Shown here piece by piece: positions 18,253 through 26,276 of a stretch of 64,000 nt of DNA. The stretch's first letter is position 1; the number at the start of each line of letters is the position of its first letter. The stretch is taken from assembly GCA_934385225.1 (NCBI GenBank), contig CAKRPQ010000002.1:219-64218 (forward strand). The letters run 5' to 3'. The DNA is from an uncultured Eubacteriales bacterium. GTDB lineage: Bacteria > Bacillota > Clostridia > Oscillospirales > CAG-272. The position numbers and the translations under genes were made by a program. The notes beneath the pieces are model-generated. The model saw nothing but the letters and a program-made list of their open reading frames with translations. It was not told the DNA's origin and did not search any database.

Positions 18253-20784
18253 TTATAATACCGACGGATTGAAATCGATCGACAAAAACGGCTTTTTTGA
18301 ATTTCTGCCCTTTCCCGCCGCCTTTTCGCCCGAAAAAATACGTAATATTTTTGCAAAAAGTCCTCTGCTTCGCCTGTTCAGACGGCATTTAACGACCATT
18401 CTCATACGGCATCTGCCGTCAACCTTATATACGGGTGCTTCAAACGGTCCGAAGCAGACGCTTTTCACGTCCGAAAATTCGCCGTCCGCCGATGTGAGTG
18501 CCTCAAATTCGTCGTGCAGCTTTTTTGCCGCTGTCGCAAGCTCCCTCTCGTCCTCCGAGCTTATCGTCATAAGCACAATATCGCAAAACGGCGGAAAAAC
18601 AAGCAGCTTGCGCAGCTTTATTTCTCTCTCGAAAAAGGTGTCATAGTCCTGTGCGGCGGCGAGCTTTATCACGTCGTTATCGGGGTTGTTCGTCTGTATG
18701 ACGGCACGTCCCGCACCGTTTTCGCTTGTTCTGCCCGCGCGTCCTATTACCTGTGTAAGCATTGAAAACGTCCGCTCGCCCGCCCTGTAATCGTCAAGAT
18801 AGAGCGAAGCGTCGGCAAGAAGCACTCCCACAAGCGTAACGCGCGGAAAATCGTGTCCCTTTGTGACCATCTGCGTTCCGAGAAGTATATCCGCGTCACC
18901 CGCTCTGAACGAACCGAGCATTTTATCGTACGAAAATTTCGTAGATGTAGTATCGGTGTCCATACGCAGGACACGCGCATTCGGCAGAAGCTCGCCAAGT
19001 TCCTGTTCTATTCTCTGCGTGCCGTATCCCATATGCGAAAGGTGTTCCGAACCGCAGGACGGACAGGTTTTCGGGACGTCCGTTCTGTAACCGCACCAGT
19101 GACAGGCAAGATAACCGTCGCTGTACGTCCCCATTTTTGTATGATACGTCATTGAAACACTGCAACGCGGGCACATCACCGCTTCGCCGCATTTGCGGCA
19201 GCTGACGAAGGTATTATATCCGCGCCTGTTTATGAAAAGAACCGACTGTTTCCCTTTCGCGACGTTCTCCGCAAGAGCCGCCGTCAGAATACCGCCTATC
19301 GGCGAAACATTGCCCTCGTAAACCTCGCCGCGCATATCCGCTATCGTGACGATCGGAAGCGTAGCGCCGCCGTATCTTTTTTCAAGTCGCACGAGCGAGT
19401 ATTTGCCCTCTTTCGCCTTTTCAAAGCTTTCAAGGCTCGGCGTTGCGGACGCGAGGAGCATAAGCGCGTTCTCCGTCGCGCAGCGGTATCTCGCCGCGTC
19501 CCTTGCGTGGTATTTCGGGTTCTGATCCGATTTATATGTAGTTTCCTGTTCCTCGTCCATAACGATAAGTCCGAGATTTTTCACGGGCGAGAACACCGCC
19601 GAACGCGTTCCTATAACTATTCTCGCGTCGCCGTTTTTTATACGCTCGTAAGCGTCGTATCTTTCGCCCGCAGAAAGCCCCGAATGAACAACGGCGCAGA
19701 CCGAGCCGTAGCGCGAACAGAAAATGTCCGTCGTCTGCGGCGTGAGCGAAATTTCGGGGAGGAGCAGTATCACGCTTTTCCCCTCTTCGAGAACTTTGTC
19801 CATAAGCGCCGTCATGACGCTCGTTTTTCCGCTTCCCGTGACGCCGTAAAGCAGCGCCGCTCTTGCCTCGCCCGTGCCAAGCAGTCCGCATAGCTTATCA
19901 TACGCAAATTTCTGCTCGTCGTTCAGCTTTATCTCTTTCGGGTCGGCTTTCTTCCCCTCATACGGATTTCTGTATACCTGCTCTTCTTCGAGAACGGCAA
20001 GCCCTCTCTTTACAAGGGCCGACAGGTGGGCTTTTGTGACGTCCTCCGAGAGGATTTCGTCCTCATACAGGGTATCGGACTTTGCAAGTGCTTCGAGTGC
20101 TTTTCTCTGTCCCGCGGACGTGAGTCTGCCTTTACCATCTGACGAAAGTGCTGTTCTGACCTCATTTTCGTCGGCACGAAGTGAATATTTTTTTCTTATA
20201 ATTTTATTGGAAGCGTCTTTCAGGACGATTTCGCGGGTTATATATCCCTCGGAGCTGAGCTTTGCCGCCGTCTCTTTTGACGACGCGCCGAAATTCGCTT
20301 TCAGATTTGCCTCCGAAACGCTCTTTTTGCCCCTGATAAATTCGAGAATTTCAAGGACAGTCTTGTCCTTTACCCTCGGTGTGCCGCTTTTTTCGCCCGC
20401 GCTGTAATATTCGACCAGGTGTGAAAACGCCGCCGACGGTATCATCGCGTGAACAGCCTCGCCCATGGTGCAGAGCGTCTGTTCTTTTAAGAACAGCGCA
20501 AGACCGACGAGCTTTTCCTCCATAAAAAGCTCGTCCGAACAGACTGCGGCGACGGGTTTTATCGACGCCTCGTCGTATATGCAGGTGTCCGATATGCGCG
20601 TGACAAGAGCAAGCATTTTCTTGTTTCCGCCGCCGAACGGTACGGTGATAAAGCTGCCCGCCTTCACTCTCCCCGAAAATTCTTCGGGAATAAAATATTC
20701 GTATGCACGATCGAGCGCAAAAGGCACATCGAGTATATATACGCTTGCATAGTGAGGCAATGCTTTCACCTCCTCCGTCGTCAC
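18253..20784 (-). CDS. priA: Primosomal replication-restart helicase PriA
   Basis: Walker A GVTGSGKT, DEEQ box, zinc-binding cysteine cluster CRKCGEAVMCPRCSVSM...CHWCGY...CPSCGS. The apparent start codon is GTG. Confidence 0.95.
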   Translation of the reverse strand: MTTEEVKALPHYASVYILDVPFALDRAYEYFIPEEFSGRVKAGSFITVPFGGGNKKMLALVTRISDTCIYDEASIKPVAAVCSDELFMEEKLVGLALFLKEQTLCTMGEAVHAMIPSAAFSHLVEYYSAGEKSGTPRVKDKTVLEILEFIRGKKSVSEANLKANFGASSKETAAKLSSEGYITREIVLKDASNKIIRKKYSLRADENEVRTALSSDGKGRLTSAGQRKALEALAKSDTLYEDEILSEDVTKAHLSALVKRGLAVLEEEQVYRNPYEGKKADPKEIKLNDEQKFAYDKLCGLLGTGEARAALLYGVTGSGKTSVMTALMDKVLEEGKSVILLLPEISLTPQTTDIFCSRYGSVCAVVHSGLSAGERYDAYERIKNGDARIVIGTRSAVFSPVKNLGLIVMDEEQETTYKSDQNPKYHARDAARYRCATENALMLLASATPSLESFEKAKEGKYSLVRLEKRYGGATLPIVTIADMRGEVYEGNVSPIGGILTAALAENVAKGKQSVLFINRRGYNTFVSCRKCGEAVMCPRCSVSMTYHTKMGTYSDGYLACHWCGYRTDVPKTCPSCGSEHLSHMGYGTQRIEQELGELLPNARVLRMDTDTTSTKFSYDKMLGSFRAGDADILLGTQMVTKGHDFPRVTLVGVLLADASLYLDDYRAGERTFSMLTQVIGRAGRTSENGAGRAVIQTNNPDNDVIKLAAAQDYDTFFEREIKLRKLLVFPPFCDIVLMTISSEDERELATAAKKLHDEFEALTSADGEFSDVKSVCFGPFEAPVYKVDGRCRMRMVVKCRLNRRSRGLFAKILRIFSGEKAAGKGRNSKKPFLSIDFNPSVL

Positions 20785-20821
20785 TTCCGTTTATTTTATA
20801 CTATATTATACGCGTCCGACG

Positions 20822-21319
20822 TCAGTCGTTATCCGAAGCGTCGGCATCGCCAATGTCGTCAATGTCCGCCGCGGAGAGTTCGTCGTCGTCAACAACAGCG
20901 TCAACGGCATCGTCATCGACATCGCTTTCAAAAATGTCATCGTCGTCATCATCGGAAAAGTCGATCTTCTCCTTCGCCTTTGCGGCTTCGAGAGCGGCTC
21001 TGTTTTCCGCCATTATTCTCTCGTGTTCCGCTCTCGCCTGTCTCTTCGCCTCTGCGTCCGCACCGCTCAGAATCACAAAATCGCCTGCGTAAAGTCTGTT
21101 TATCGCGCACTTTACCGCCTTTTCGTCGCGGAACTCTCTCTTTATCATCGAATAAGCGGCTCTGCCCGACTCCTTATTCGTCTGCTCCATCGCCTCGGCA
21201 ATAGCTCTTTCCTTTACATATTCGTCGGTTATCATTCTCGCGCATTTTGCGACGGCAATGCAAAGCTCGTATCTGTTGTACTTACCCTTGGTCAGATCAT
21301 CAATAGACGGAAAAATCAT
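20822..21319 (-). CDS. rpoZ: RNA polymerase omega subunit with a long polyacidic C-terminal extension
   Basis: The N-terminus IDDLTKGKYNRYELCIAVAKCARMI matches omega. Start set at ATG 21319, which has GGAGG upstream. Residues 119-165 hold 24 D/E and no K/R. Confidence 0.85.
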   Translation of the reverse strand: MIFPSIDDLTKGKYNRYELCIAVAKCARMITDEYVKERAIAEAMEQTNKESGRAAYSMIKREFRDEKAVKCAINRLYAGDFVILSGADAEAKRQARAEHERIMAENRAALEAAKAKEKIDFSDDDDDDIFESDVDDDAVDAVVDDDELSAADIDDIGDADASDND

Positions 21320-21382
21320 ATTTACCTCCAAATGCCGTATCGGCATATAATTTTTTAATTTTTATAATGTTTTATTTGTTTT

Positions 21383-22018
21383 TTATTCAAAATAGCGTTT
21401 GTCCGCGCCTTCGTTCCTTTCGGTGCGGAGCTTTTCTGCTCTCACGATCGCGCGCAGATCCTCGGCGGTCTTTTCCGCGCCGCCGTCCTCGTTATAAACG
21501 ATGTAATCGTACAGCTTATACTGCTTGATTTCCTCTTTTGTGCGTTCGAGTCTCGCGTTTATCTTCTCCTCCGTTTCCGTTCCCCTGCCGCGCAGGCGTT
21601 TTTCCTGCACCGCAAAGCTCGGCGGAAGAAGCATTATAAGCACCGCTTCGGGGAATATCTTCTTTATATTCTCCGCACCCTTTACTTCTATTTCAAGTAT
21701 CAGGTTTCTGCCGTTTTTGAGTGCCTCCTCGGCTTCCCTGCGCGGCGTTCCGTAAAGATTTCCGCAGTATTCGGTGTATTCGAGCATACCGCCGCCGCTT
21801 ATTCTCTCGGTGAAGTCCTCGCGCGTTATAAAGTGATAATTCACGCCGTTCACTTCACCCGGTCTCGGTGCTCTCGTCGTTGCGGAAACGGAATAACAGT
21901 ATCTGTCGTCCTTTTTCATAAGTTCGGCAATTACCGTTCCCTTGCCGCTCCCCGCGGGTCCGCTTATTACGAGAAGAAGTCCCCTTTCTCTTCTGTCCGT
22001 GCTTTTATTTTTGCCCAT
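21383..22018 (-). CDS. gmk: Guanylate kinase
   Basis: P-loop [10 protein letters not shown] plus the TTR and YHF regions. Start set at ATG 22018 (MGKNKST). It overlaps the remA 3' end by 14 nt. Confidence 0.93.
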   Translation of the reverse strand: MGKNKSTDRRERGLLLVISGPAGSGKGTVIAELMKKDDRYCYSVSATTRAPRPGEVNGVNYHFITREDFTERISGGGMLEYTEYCGNLYGTPRREAEEALKNGRNLILEIEVKGAENIKKIFPEAVLIMLLPPSFAVQEKRLRGRGTETEEKINARLERTKEEIKQYKLYDYIVYNEDGGAEKTAEDLRAIVRAEKLRTERNEGADKRYFE

Positions 22019-22298
22019 CGCCGTCAACCTCGTCTTCGTCCTCATTTTCCTCGTCTTCATCGGCGTCGTTTTCCATACGGTTTGCAATCGTTTCCGACTG
22101 TATTGCCGAGAGAATAACCAGCTCGCTGTCGGTAATTATGACCGCCCTCGTTCTTCTGCCGCAGGTGACGTCGATAACTCTGCCTTCCTCCTTCGAGTCC
22201 TGTATAAGTCTCTTTATCGGGGCGGAATCGGGGCTGACGAGTGCTACTATTCTTTCGAGCGCGACCATATTTCCGAAACCTACATTTATGAATTTCAT
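22005..22298 (-). CDS. remA: RemA/DUF370 family regulator with an acidic tail
   Basis: [32 protein letters not shown] is the RemA signature. The C-terminal sequence is [21 protein letters not shown]. Confidence 0.9.
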   Translation of the reverse strand: MKFINVGFGNMVALERIVALVSPDSAPIKRLIQDSKEEGRVIDVTCGRRTRAVIITDSELVILSAIQSETIANRMENDADEDEENEDEDEVDGDGQK

Positions 22299-22317
22299 TT
22301 GTCTTGCGTACTCTCCT

Positions 22318-23211
22318 TTACTCTATGTTCTGGATCTGTTCGCGTATTTTTTCAAGCTCGGTCTTGACATCGACAACAAGGTGCGCAATTTCGGCATCGC
22401 AGGATTTCGAGCCTATCGTGTTTATCTCCCTGTTCATCTCCTGCATAAGGAAATCGATCTTTCTGCCCGCAGGCTCGCCGCTTTTCGCAATAGCACCGAA
22501 CGCGTCAAAGTGCGAACGCAGTCTGACGATTTCCTCGTCTATCGCAATCTTGTCGGCAAATATCGCACATTCGGTGAGCAGTCTCGCCTCGTCCGCGCGT
22601 ATATTCTCGTCGTCAAGCAGCTTTCGTATCCGTTCTTCAAGCTTTGTCATATAGCCCGACGTGTTGCCCGCGGAAAGCACCTCTATCTTTGCGACGATAT
22701 TTTTTATCGTCTCTATCTTCGCGGCAAGATCGCGCTCTATATTCGCGCCTTCTCTCATGCTCGCCGACATAAAGCCTTCAAGTGCCGCGTCAAGCACCGC
22801 GCGAACCTCGTTCCAGTCGCGCTCTGCGTCCTCCTCGGGTTTTACCGTCGTGAAAACGTCGGGCATACGCGCAATACTCATGACGTTTATGCTTCCGCCG
22901 TCGGGAAGGTCGAATCTGTCGCGGAGAGCTTTCAGCGCATTTATATATTTCCCCGCAAGCTCTTCATCGACGCGGATCTCGTAGCTTCCGCCGGACGTTG
23001 CCTCGGTGCTTATATAAACATCGACTTTTCCGCGCGAAAGTCCTTTTTCTTTAAGGTACGGTTTAATTTTTTCTTCGAGGAAAGAAAGGTCTTTCGGCAG
23101 TTTCGCCGTACAGTCGAGATAGCGGCTGTTGACGCTCTTTATTTCCGCGATAATGTCCCGATTTTCAAAGGACATTCTTGCCCGCCCGAAGGCGGTCATG
23201 CTTTTCATCAT
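22318..23211 (-). CDS. YicC/YloC family stress-induced endoribonuclease-like protein
   Basis: MTAFGRA N-terminus and the C-terminal [12 protein letters not shown] motif. Start set at ATG 23211, because the promoter below lies inside the longer track ORF. Confidence 0.88.
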   Translation of the reverse strand: MMKSMTAFGRARMSFENRDIIAEIKSVNSRYLDCTAKLPKDLSFLEEKIKPYLKEKGLSRGKVDVYISTEATSGGSYEIRVDEELAGKYINALKALRDRFDLPDGGSINVMSIARMPDVFTTVKPEEDAERDWNEVRAVLDAALEGFMSASMREGANIERDLAAKIETIKNIVAKIEVLSAGNTSGYMTKLEERIRKLLDDENIRADEARLLTECAIFADKIAIDEEIVRLRSHFDAFGAIAKSGEPAGRKIDFLMQEMNREINTIGSKSCDAEIAHLVVDVKTELEKIREQIQNIE

Positions 23212-23271
23212 AAAGATCTCCGTTCTGCCTGCTGAGCGGCAGCTCAAATAATTTATAGTTATACATAATAT

Positions 23272-23300
23272 ATAATACCGCAAAATTTCGGATTTGTCAA
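23272..23300 (-). promoter_or_regulatory. Sigma-A type promoter of the yicC-like / remA / gmk / rpoZ block
   Basis: On the minus strand: TTGACA (23300..23295), a 17-nt spacer, then TATTAT (23277..23272). Confidence 0.6.
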
Positions 23301-23446
23301 CTTTTTTGAAGTATTCCGTCCCGTCTTTTTTACCAAAAAAAGCGATTTTCTTTCTTCTTTTTTGAGTACAGATTGCCTTTTTCGACTTTTGTCAACAAAT
23401 TTTTGCGGTCAAATATAAAATTTTTGAAAATTTTTCGCAAAAACTA

Positions 23447-23475
23447 TTGCCAAATATAAAAGAACGGATTACAAT
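23447..23475 (+). promoter_or_regulatory. Sigma-A type promoter of efp
   Basis: TTGCCA (23447..23452), a 17-nt spacer, then TACAAT (23470..23475). Confidence 0.6.
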
Positions 23476-23555
23476 ATATGTGCAAAATTAAAAAGGCGTA
23501 TAGGGTCTGCGGCTCGAAGCGCCACAGACTATATTCTTTTGGAGGAAAATAAAAA

Positions 23556-24113
23556 ATGGTAGTAGCAGGCGATTTTAAGAACGGCGTTACGTTCGATATG
23601 GACGGTCAGGTGCTTCAAGTAGTAGAATTCCAGCACGTTAAACCCGGTAAGGGCGCGGCTTTCGTTCGTACCAAGCTCAAAAACGTCATCACGGGTGCTG
23701 TCGTAGAGCGCACATTCAACCCCACCGATAAGTTTGAAAACGCTTATATCGACAGAAAGGAACTTCAATATTCTTACGATGACGGTGACCTTTATCACTT
23801 CATGGACACCGAAACATGGGAAGAAACTCTCGTACCTCACGACAAGGTTGACGACAACTTTAAGTTCGTCAAGGAGGAAATGATGTGCAAGATCAACTCC
23901 TACAAGGGCAACATCTTCGCAGTCGAACCTCCCACATTCGTTGAACTTGCCGTTACGGACACCGATCCCGGCTTTGCAGGCAACACGGCGACAAACACGC
24001 TGAAACCCGCAACTCTCGAAACGGGCGCGGTCATCAAGGTTCCGCTCTTTATCAACATCGGCGACGTGCTCAAAATCGACACCCGCACGGGCGAGTATCT
24101 TTCCAGAGCTTAA
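23556..24113 (+). CDS. efp: Elongation factor P
   Basis: The EF-P N-terminal [15 protein letters not shown] loop is present. 185 aa. GGAGG lies 10 nt upstream. Confidence 0.97.
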   Translation: MVVAGDFKNGVTFDMDGQVLQVVEFQHVKPGKGAAFVRTKLKNVITGAVVERTFNPTDKFENAYIDRKELQYSYDDGDLYHFMDTETWEETLVPHDKVDDNFKFVKEEMMCKINSYKGNIFAVEPPTFVELAVTDTDPGFAGNTATNTLKPATLETGAVIKVPLFINIGDVLKIDTRTGEYLSRA

Positions 24114-24125
24114 ATAAAATAATAA

Positions 24126-24169
24126 AACGGGGAATTCGGTACCGCAGAAGTACGGTTTCCCCGCTTTTT
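24126..24169 (+). terminator. Intrinsic terminator after efp
   Basis: Outer stem CGGGG (24127..24131) / CCCCG (24158..24162) with inner ACCG/CGGT pairing, followed by CTTTTT. Confidence 0.55.
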
Positions 24170-24199
24170 ACAAAAATTTACTAAAAGGAGAATTTTACT

Positions 24200-24661
24200 A
24201 TGACACTTACCGAAAAGGCAGCATACATTAAGGGACTTGCCGAGGGTCTTGCTCTCGACGAAACAAAGCCCGAAACCAAGCTCATAAAGGAGCTTATCGC
24301 ACTTACAGAGGATATGTCTAGAACGATCTCCGATCTCGAAGACGACACGGAGTACCTTAATGACTACGTTGAAGAGATCGACGAAGATCTCGGCAACCTT
24401 GAAGAGGACTACTACGGCGAATGCGACGGTGACTGCGAAGGCTGTGACGGCTGCGACGACGATGAAGACGAGGACGAAGAAGATGAAGAGGACGAGGAGC
24501 TTTTCGAAGCCGAGTGTCCTTCCTGTGGCGAGAAAGTTTACTTTGACAAAACTCTCGACCCCGAAAATCTTGTCTGCCCCGCTTGCGGAGAGAAATTCGA
24601 GTGCATTCTCGAAGACGAAGACGATGAAGAGGGCGAAGACGAAAGCGGCGAAGAAAACTGA
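24200..24661 (+). CDS. Acidic zinc-ribbon protein (CD1247 N-terminal-domain-like family)
   Basis: 153 aa with AAAGGAG upstream. The helical N-terminal domain is MTLTEKAAYIKGLAEGL. A D/E-rich linker holds CDGDCEGCDGC, followed by CPSCG...CPACG. Confidence 0.7.
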   Translation: MTLTEKAAYIKGLAEGLALDETKPETKLIKELIALTEDMSRTISDLEDDTEYLNDYVEEIDEDLGNLEEDYYGECDGDCEGCDGCDDDEDEDEEDEEDEELFEAECPSCGEKVYFDKTLDPENLVCPACGEKFECILEDEDDEEGEDESGEEN

Positions 24662-24675
24662 GCCGACAGGACAAA

Positions 24676-24708
24676 TAAAAAAGGGCAGCTTCGGCTGCCC
24701 TTTTATTT
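24676..24708. terminator. Bidirectional intrinsic terminator (acidic protein gene / brnQ)
   Basis: Stem GGGCAGC (24683..24689) / GCTGCCC (24694..24700), flanked by an A-run upstream and a T-run downstream. Confidence 0.75.
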
Positions 24709-26073
24709 TTATGCTTTTGCTTTGACGCTCTTTTTCGGCGTTGCAAACATTATAACAAGTCCGATGACAAGTCCGACGGCGGCGGGAACGACCCAGCCGA
24801 GTCCGAGGTCAAAGAGAGGTATGTATTTATCGGCGAATTCGACGATAACGCCGAGGTGGAACTTTTCTTTGAGCGCATCGGGAAGAGCCTTTACGAGGTC
24901 GAATACCGCCGCAATGAGCGTAAACGACGTGACGCTCGCATAAACGCACTGACGGTGACCGAAAAGTCCGCCGAAAAGTCCGAGCAGAATAAGCGTTATC
25001 GCAAGCGGGTAGAGGAACATAAGCACGGGAATCGAATACTCTATTATCGCCGTAAGACCGAGGTTCGCGATAAGGAACGAGCAGACGCTGAAAAGAACTG
25101 CCCACACCTTATACGGCACTTTCGGGAACATCATATTGAACGTTTCGGAGCAGCTGGTGACAAGTCCGACAGCTGTTTTGAGGCACGCGAACGTGACCAT
25201 TACGGCAAGGAGCATTGCGCCGACTTTGCCGAAATAATGTTCTGCGACGAGAGCGAAAACTTCGCCGCCGTTCTCGCATATCTCGATAAGTCCTCTGCTC
25301 TGCGCGCCGACAACGGTTACGAGAAGGTAGATGACAGCCATGATAAGGCAGCTGAAAACGCCCGCTTTGACGGTGTTCTTCGCGACGGCTTTCGGCTCTG
25401 TAACGCCGAGACCGCGGATAACGTTTATAACGACAATGCCGAACGCAAGGCTGGCAAGCGCGTCCATCGTATTATAGCCTTCAAGGAAGCCGGTCATAAA
25501 GGATTTTGTGACGTAATTTCCCGTAGGCGCGGCGTCGGCGATGCTTCCCATAGGCTTTACGAAGGAAGCGACGACAAGAACGCCGAGGAATATAAGGAAC
25601 AGCGGGTTCAGGATTTTACCGACCCATGTGAGTATCTTTCCGGGGAACAGCGAAAACGCGAGAACGGCGATGAAAAATGCCGCGGAGAAAATTGCAAGTA
25701 TAACCGCGTGATCATTATCGCTTCCGAGCATGGATTCTATCGCAACGGTGAAAGGCGTCGTTGCGCAACGCGGGATTGCAAAAAGCGGACCTATCGTGAG
25801 ATACAGAGCGCAGGTGAAGAAAATGCTGTAAGGCTTTCCGACCTTGCCCGAAAGCTCGATAAGACCGTCGCTGCGGCTTATACCCATTGCGGCAACGCCG
25901 AGAAGAGGAAGTCCGACGCCCGTGATTATAAAGCCGATGACGGCCTTCCACATATTGTTTCCCGCAAGCTGACCCATCAGTATCGGGAATATGAGGTTTC
26001 CTGCGCCGAAGAAGAGTCCGAACAGCATGCTCGCGATAAACACAAGCTCGCTTTTTGTCAATTTTGTTTTCAC
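24709..26073 (-). CDS. brnQ: Branched-chain amino acid transport system II carrier
   Basis: 454 aa, about 12 TM helices, LFGLFFGAGNLIFP signature. GTG start with AAGGAG upstream. Confidence 0.9.
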   Translation of the reverse strand: MKTKLTKSELVFIASMLFGLFFGAGNLIFPILMGQLAGNNMWKAVIGFIITGVGLPLLGVAAMGISRSDGLIELSGKVGKPYSIFFTCALYLTIGPLFAIPRCATTPFTVAIESMLGSDNDHAVILAIFSAAFFIAVLAFSLFPGKILTWVGKILNPLFLIFLGVLVVASFVKPMGSIADAAPTGNYVTKSFMTGFLEGYNTMDALASLAFGIVVINVIRGLGVTEPKAVAKNTVKAGVFSCLIMAVIYLLVTVVGAQSRGLIEICENGGEVFALVAEHYFGKVGAMLLAVMVTFACLKTAVGLVTSCSETFNMMFPKVPYKVWAVLFSVCSFLIANLGLTAIIEYSIPVLMFLYPLAITLILLGLFGGLFGHRQCVYASVTSFTLIAAVFDLVKALPDALKEKFHLGVIVEFADKYIPLFDLGLGWVVPAAVGLVIGLVIMFATPKKSVKAKA

Positions 26074-26106
26074 TGTATTTCTCCTTTACTGTGTGAATTA
26101 ATGTAT

Positions 26107-26135
26107 AGTATACCATTTTTCGCCCGCGGTGTCAA
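26107..26135 (-). promoter_or_regulatory. Sigma-A type promoter of brnQ
   Basis: On the minus strand: TTGACA (26135..26130), a 17-nt spacer ending in TGG, then TATACT (26112..26107). Confidence 0.65.
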
Positions 26136-26213
26136 GCGAAAAAAAGAATAAAAATGCAATTTTACAAAAAAAATATGCAAAAAAACGATTTTTCAAAATC
26201 GACCGTATTTTCG

Positions 26214-26242
26214 TTGACAAAAATGACGGAATAATATATAAT
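26214..26242 (+). promoter_or_regulatory. Consensus sigma-A promoter of rnr-recG
   Basis: TTGACA (26214..26219), a 17-nt spacer, then TATAAT (26237..26242). Confidence 0.7.
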
Positions 26243-26276
26243 AGTAATGTATAAAAACAAAAGAGAGGTGCGCAAA

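Noticed and set aside
23293-23396. The 9-mer TTTGTCAAC repeated 95 bp apart in the yicC-efp intergenic region, considered as a possible operator pair.
   Set aside because: The first copy is simply the -35 (TTGACA on the minus strand) of a well-spaced promoter for the yicC-like gene. The second may be a weaker -35-like element. Two copies of a -35-like word in an AT-rich divergent promoter region are not unusual.
26247-26276. The upstream ATG (MYKNKREVRK) given as the rnr start in the ORF track.
   Set aside because: This ATG lies 5 nt after the -10 box of a consensus promoter (26214..26242), so it would sit at or before the transcription start and has no RBS. ATG 26277 has AGAGAGGTG upstream.
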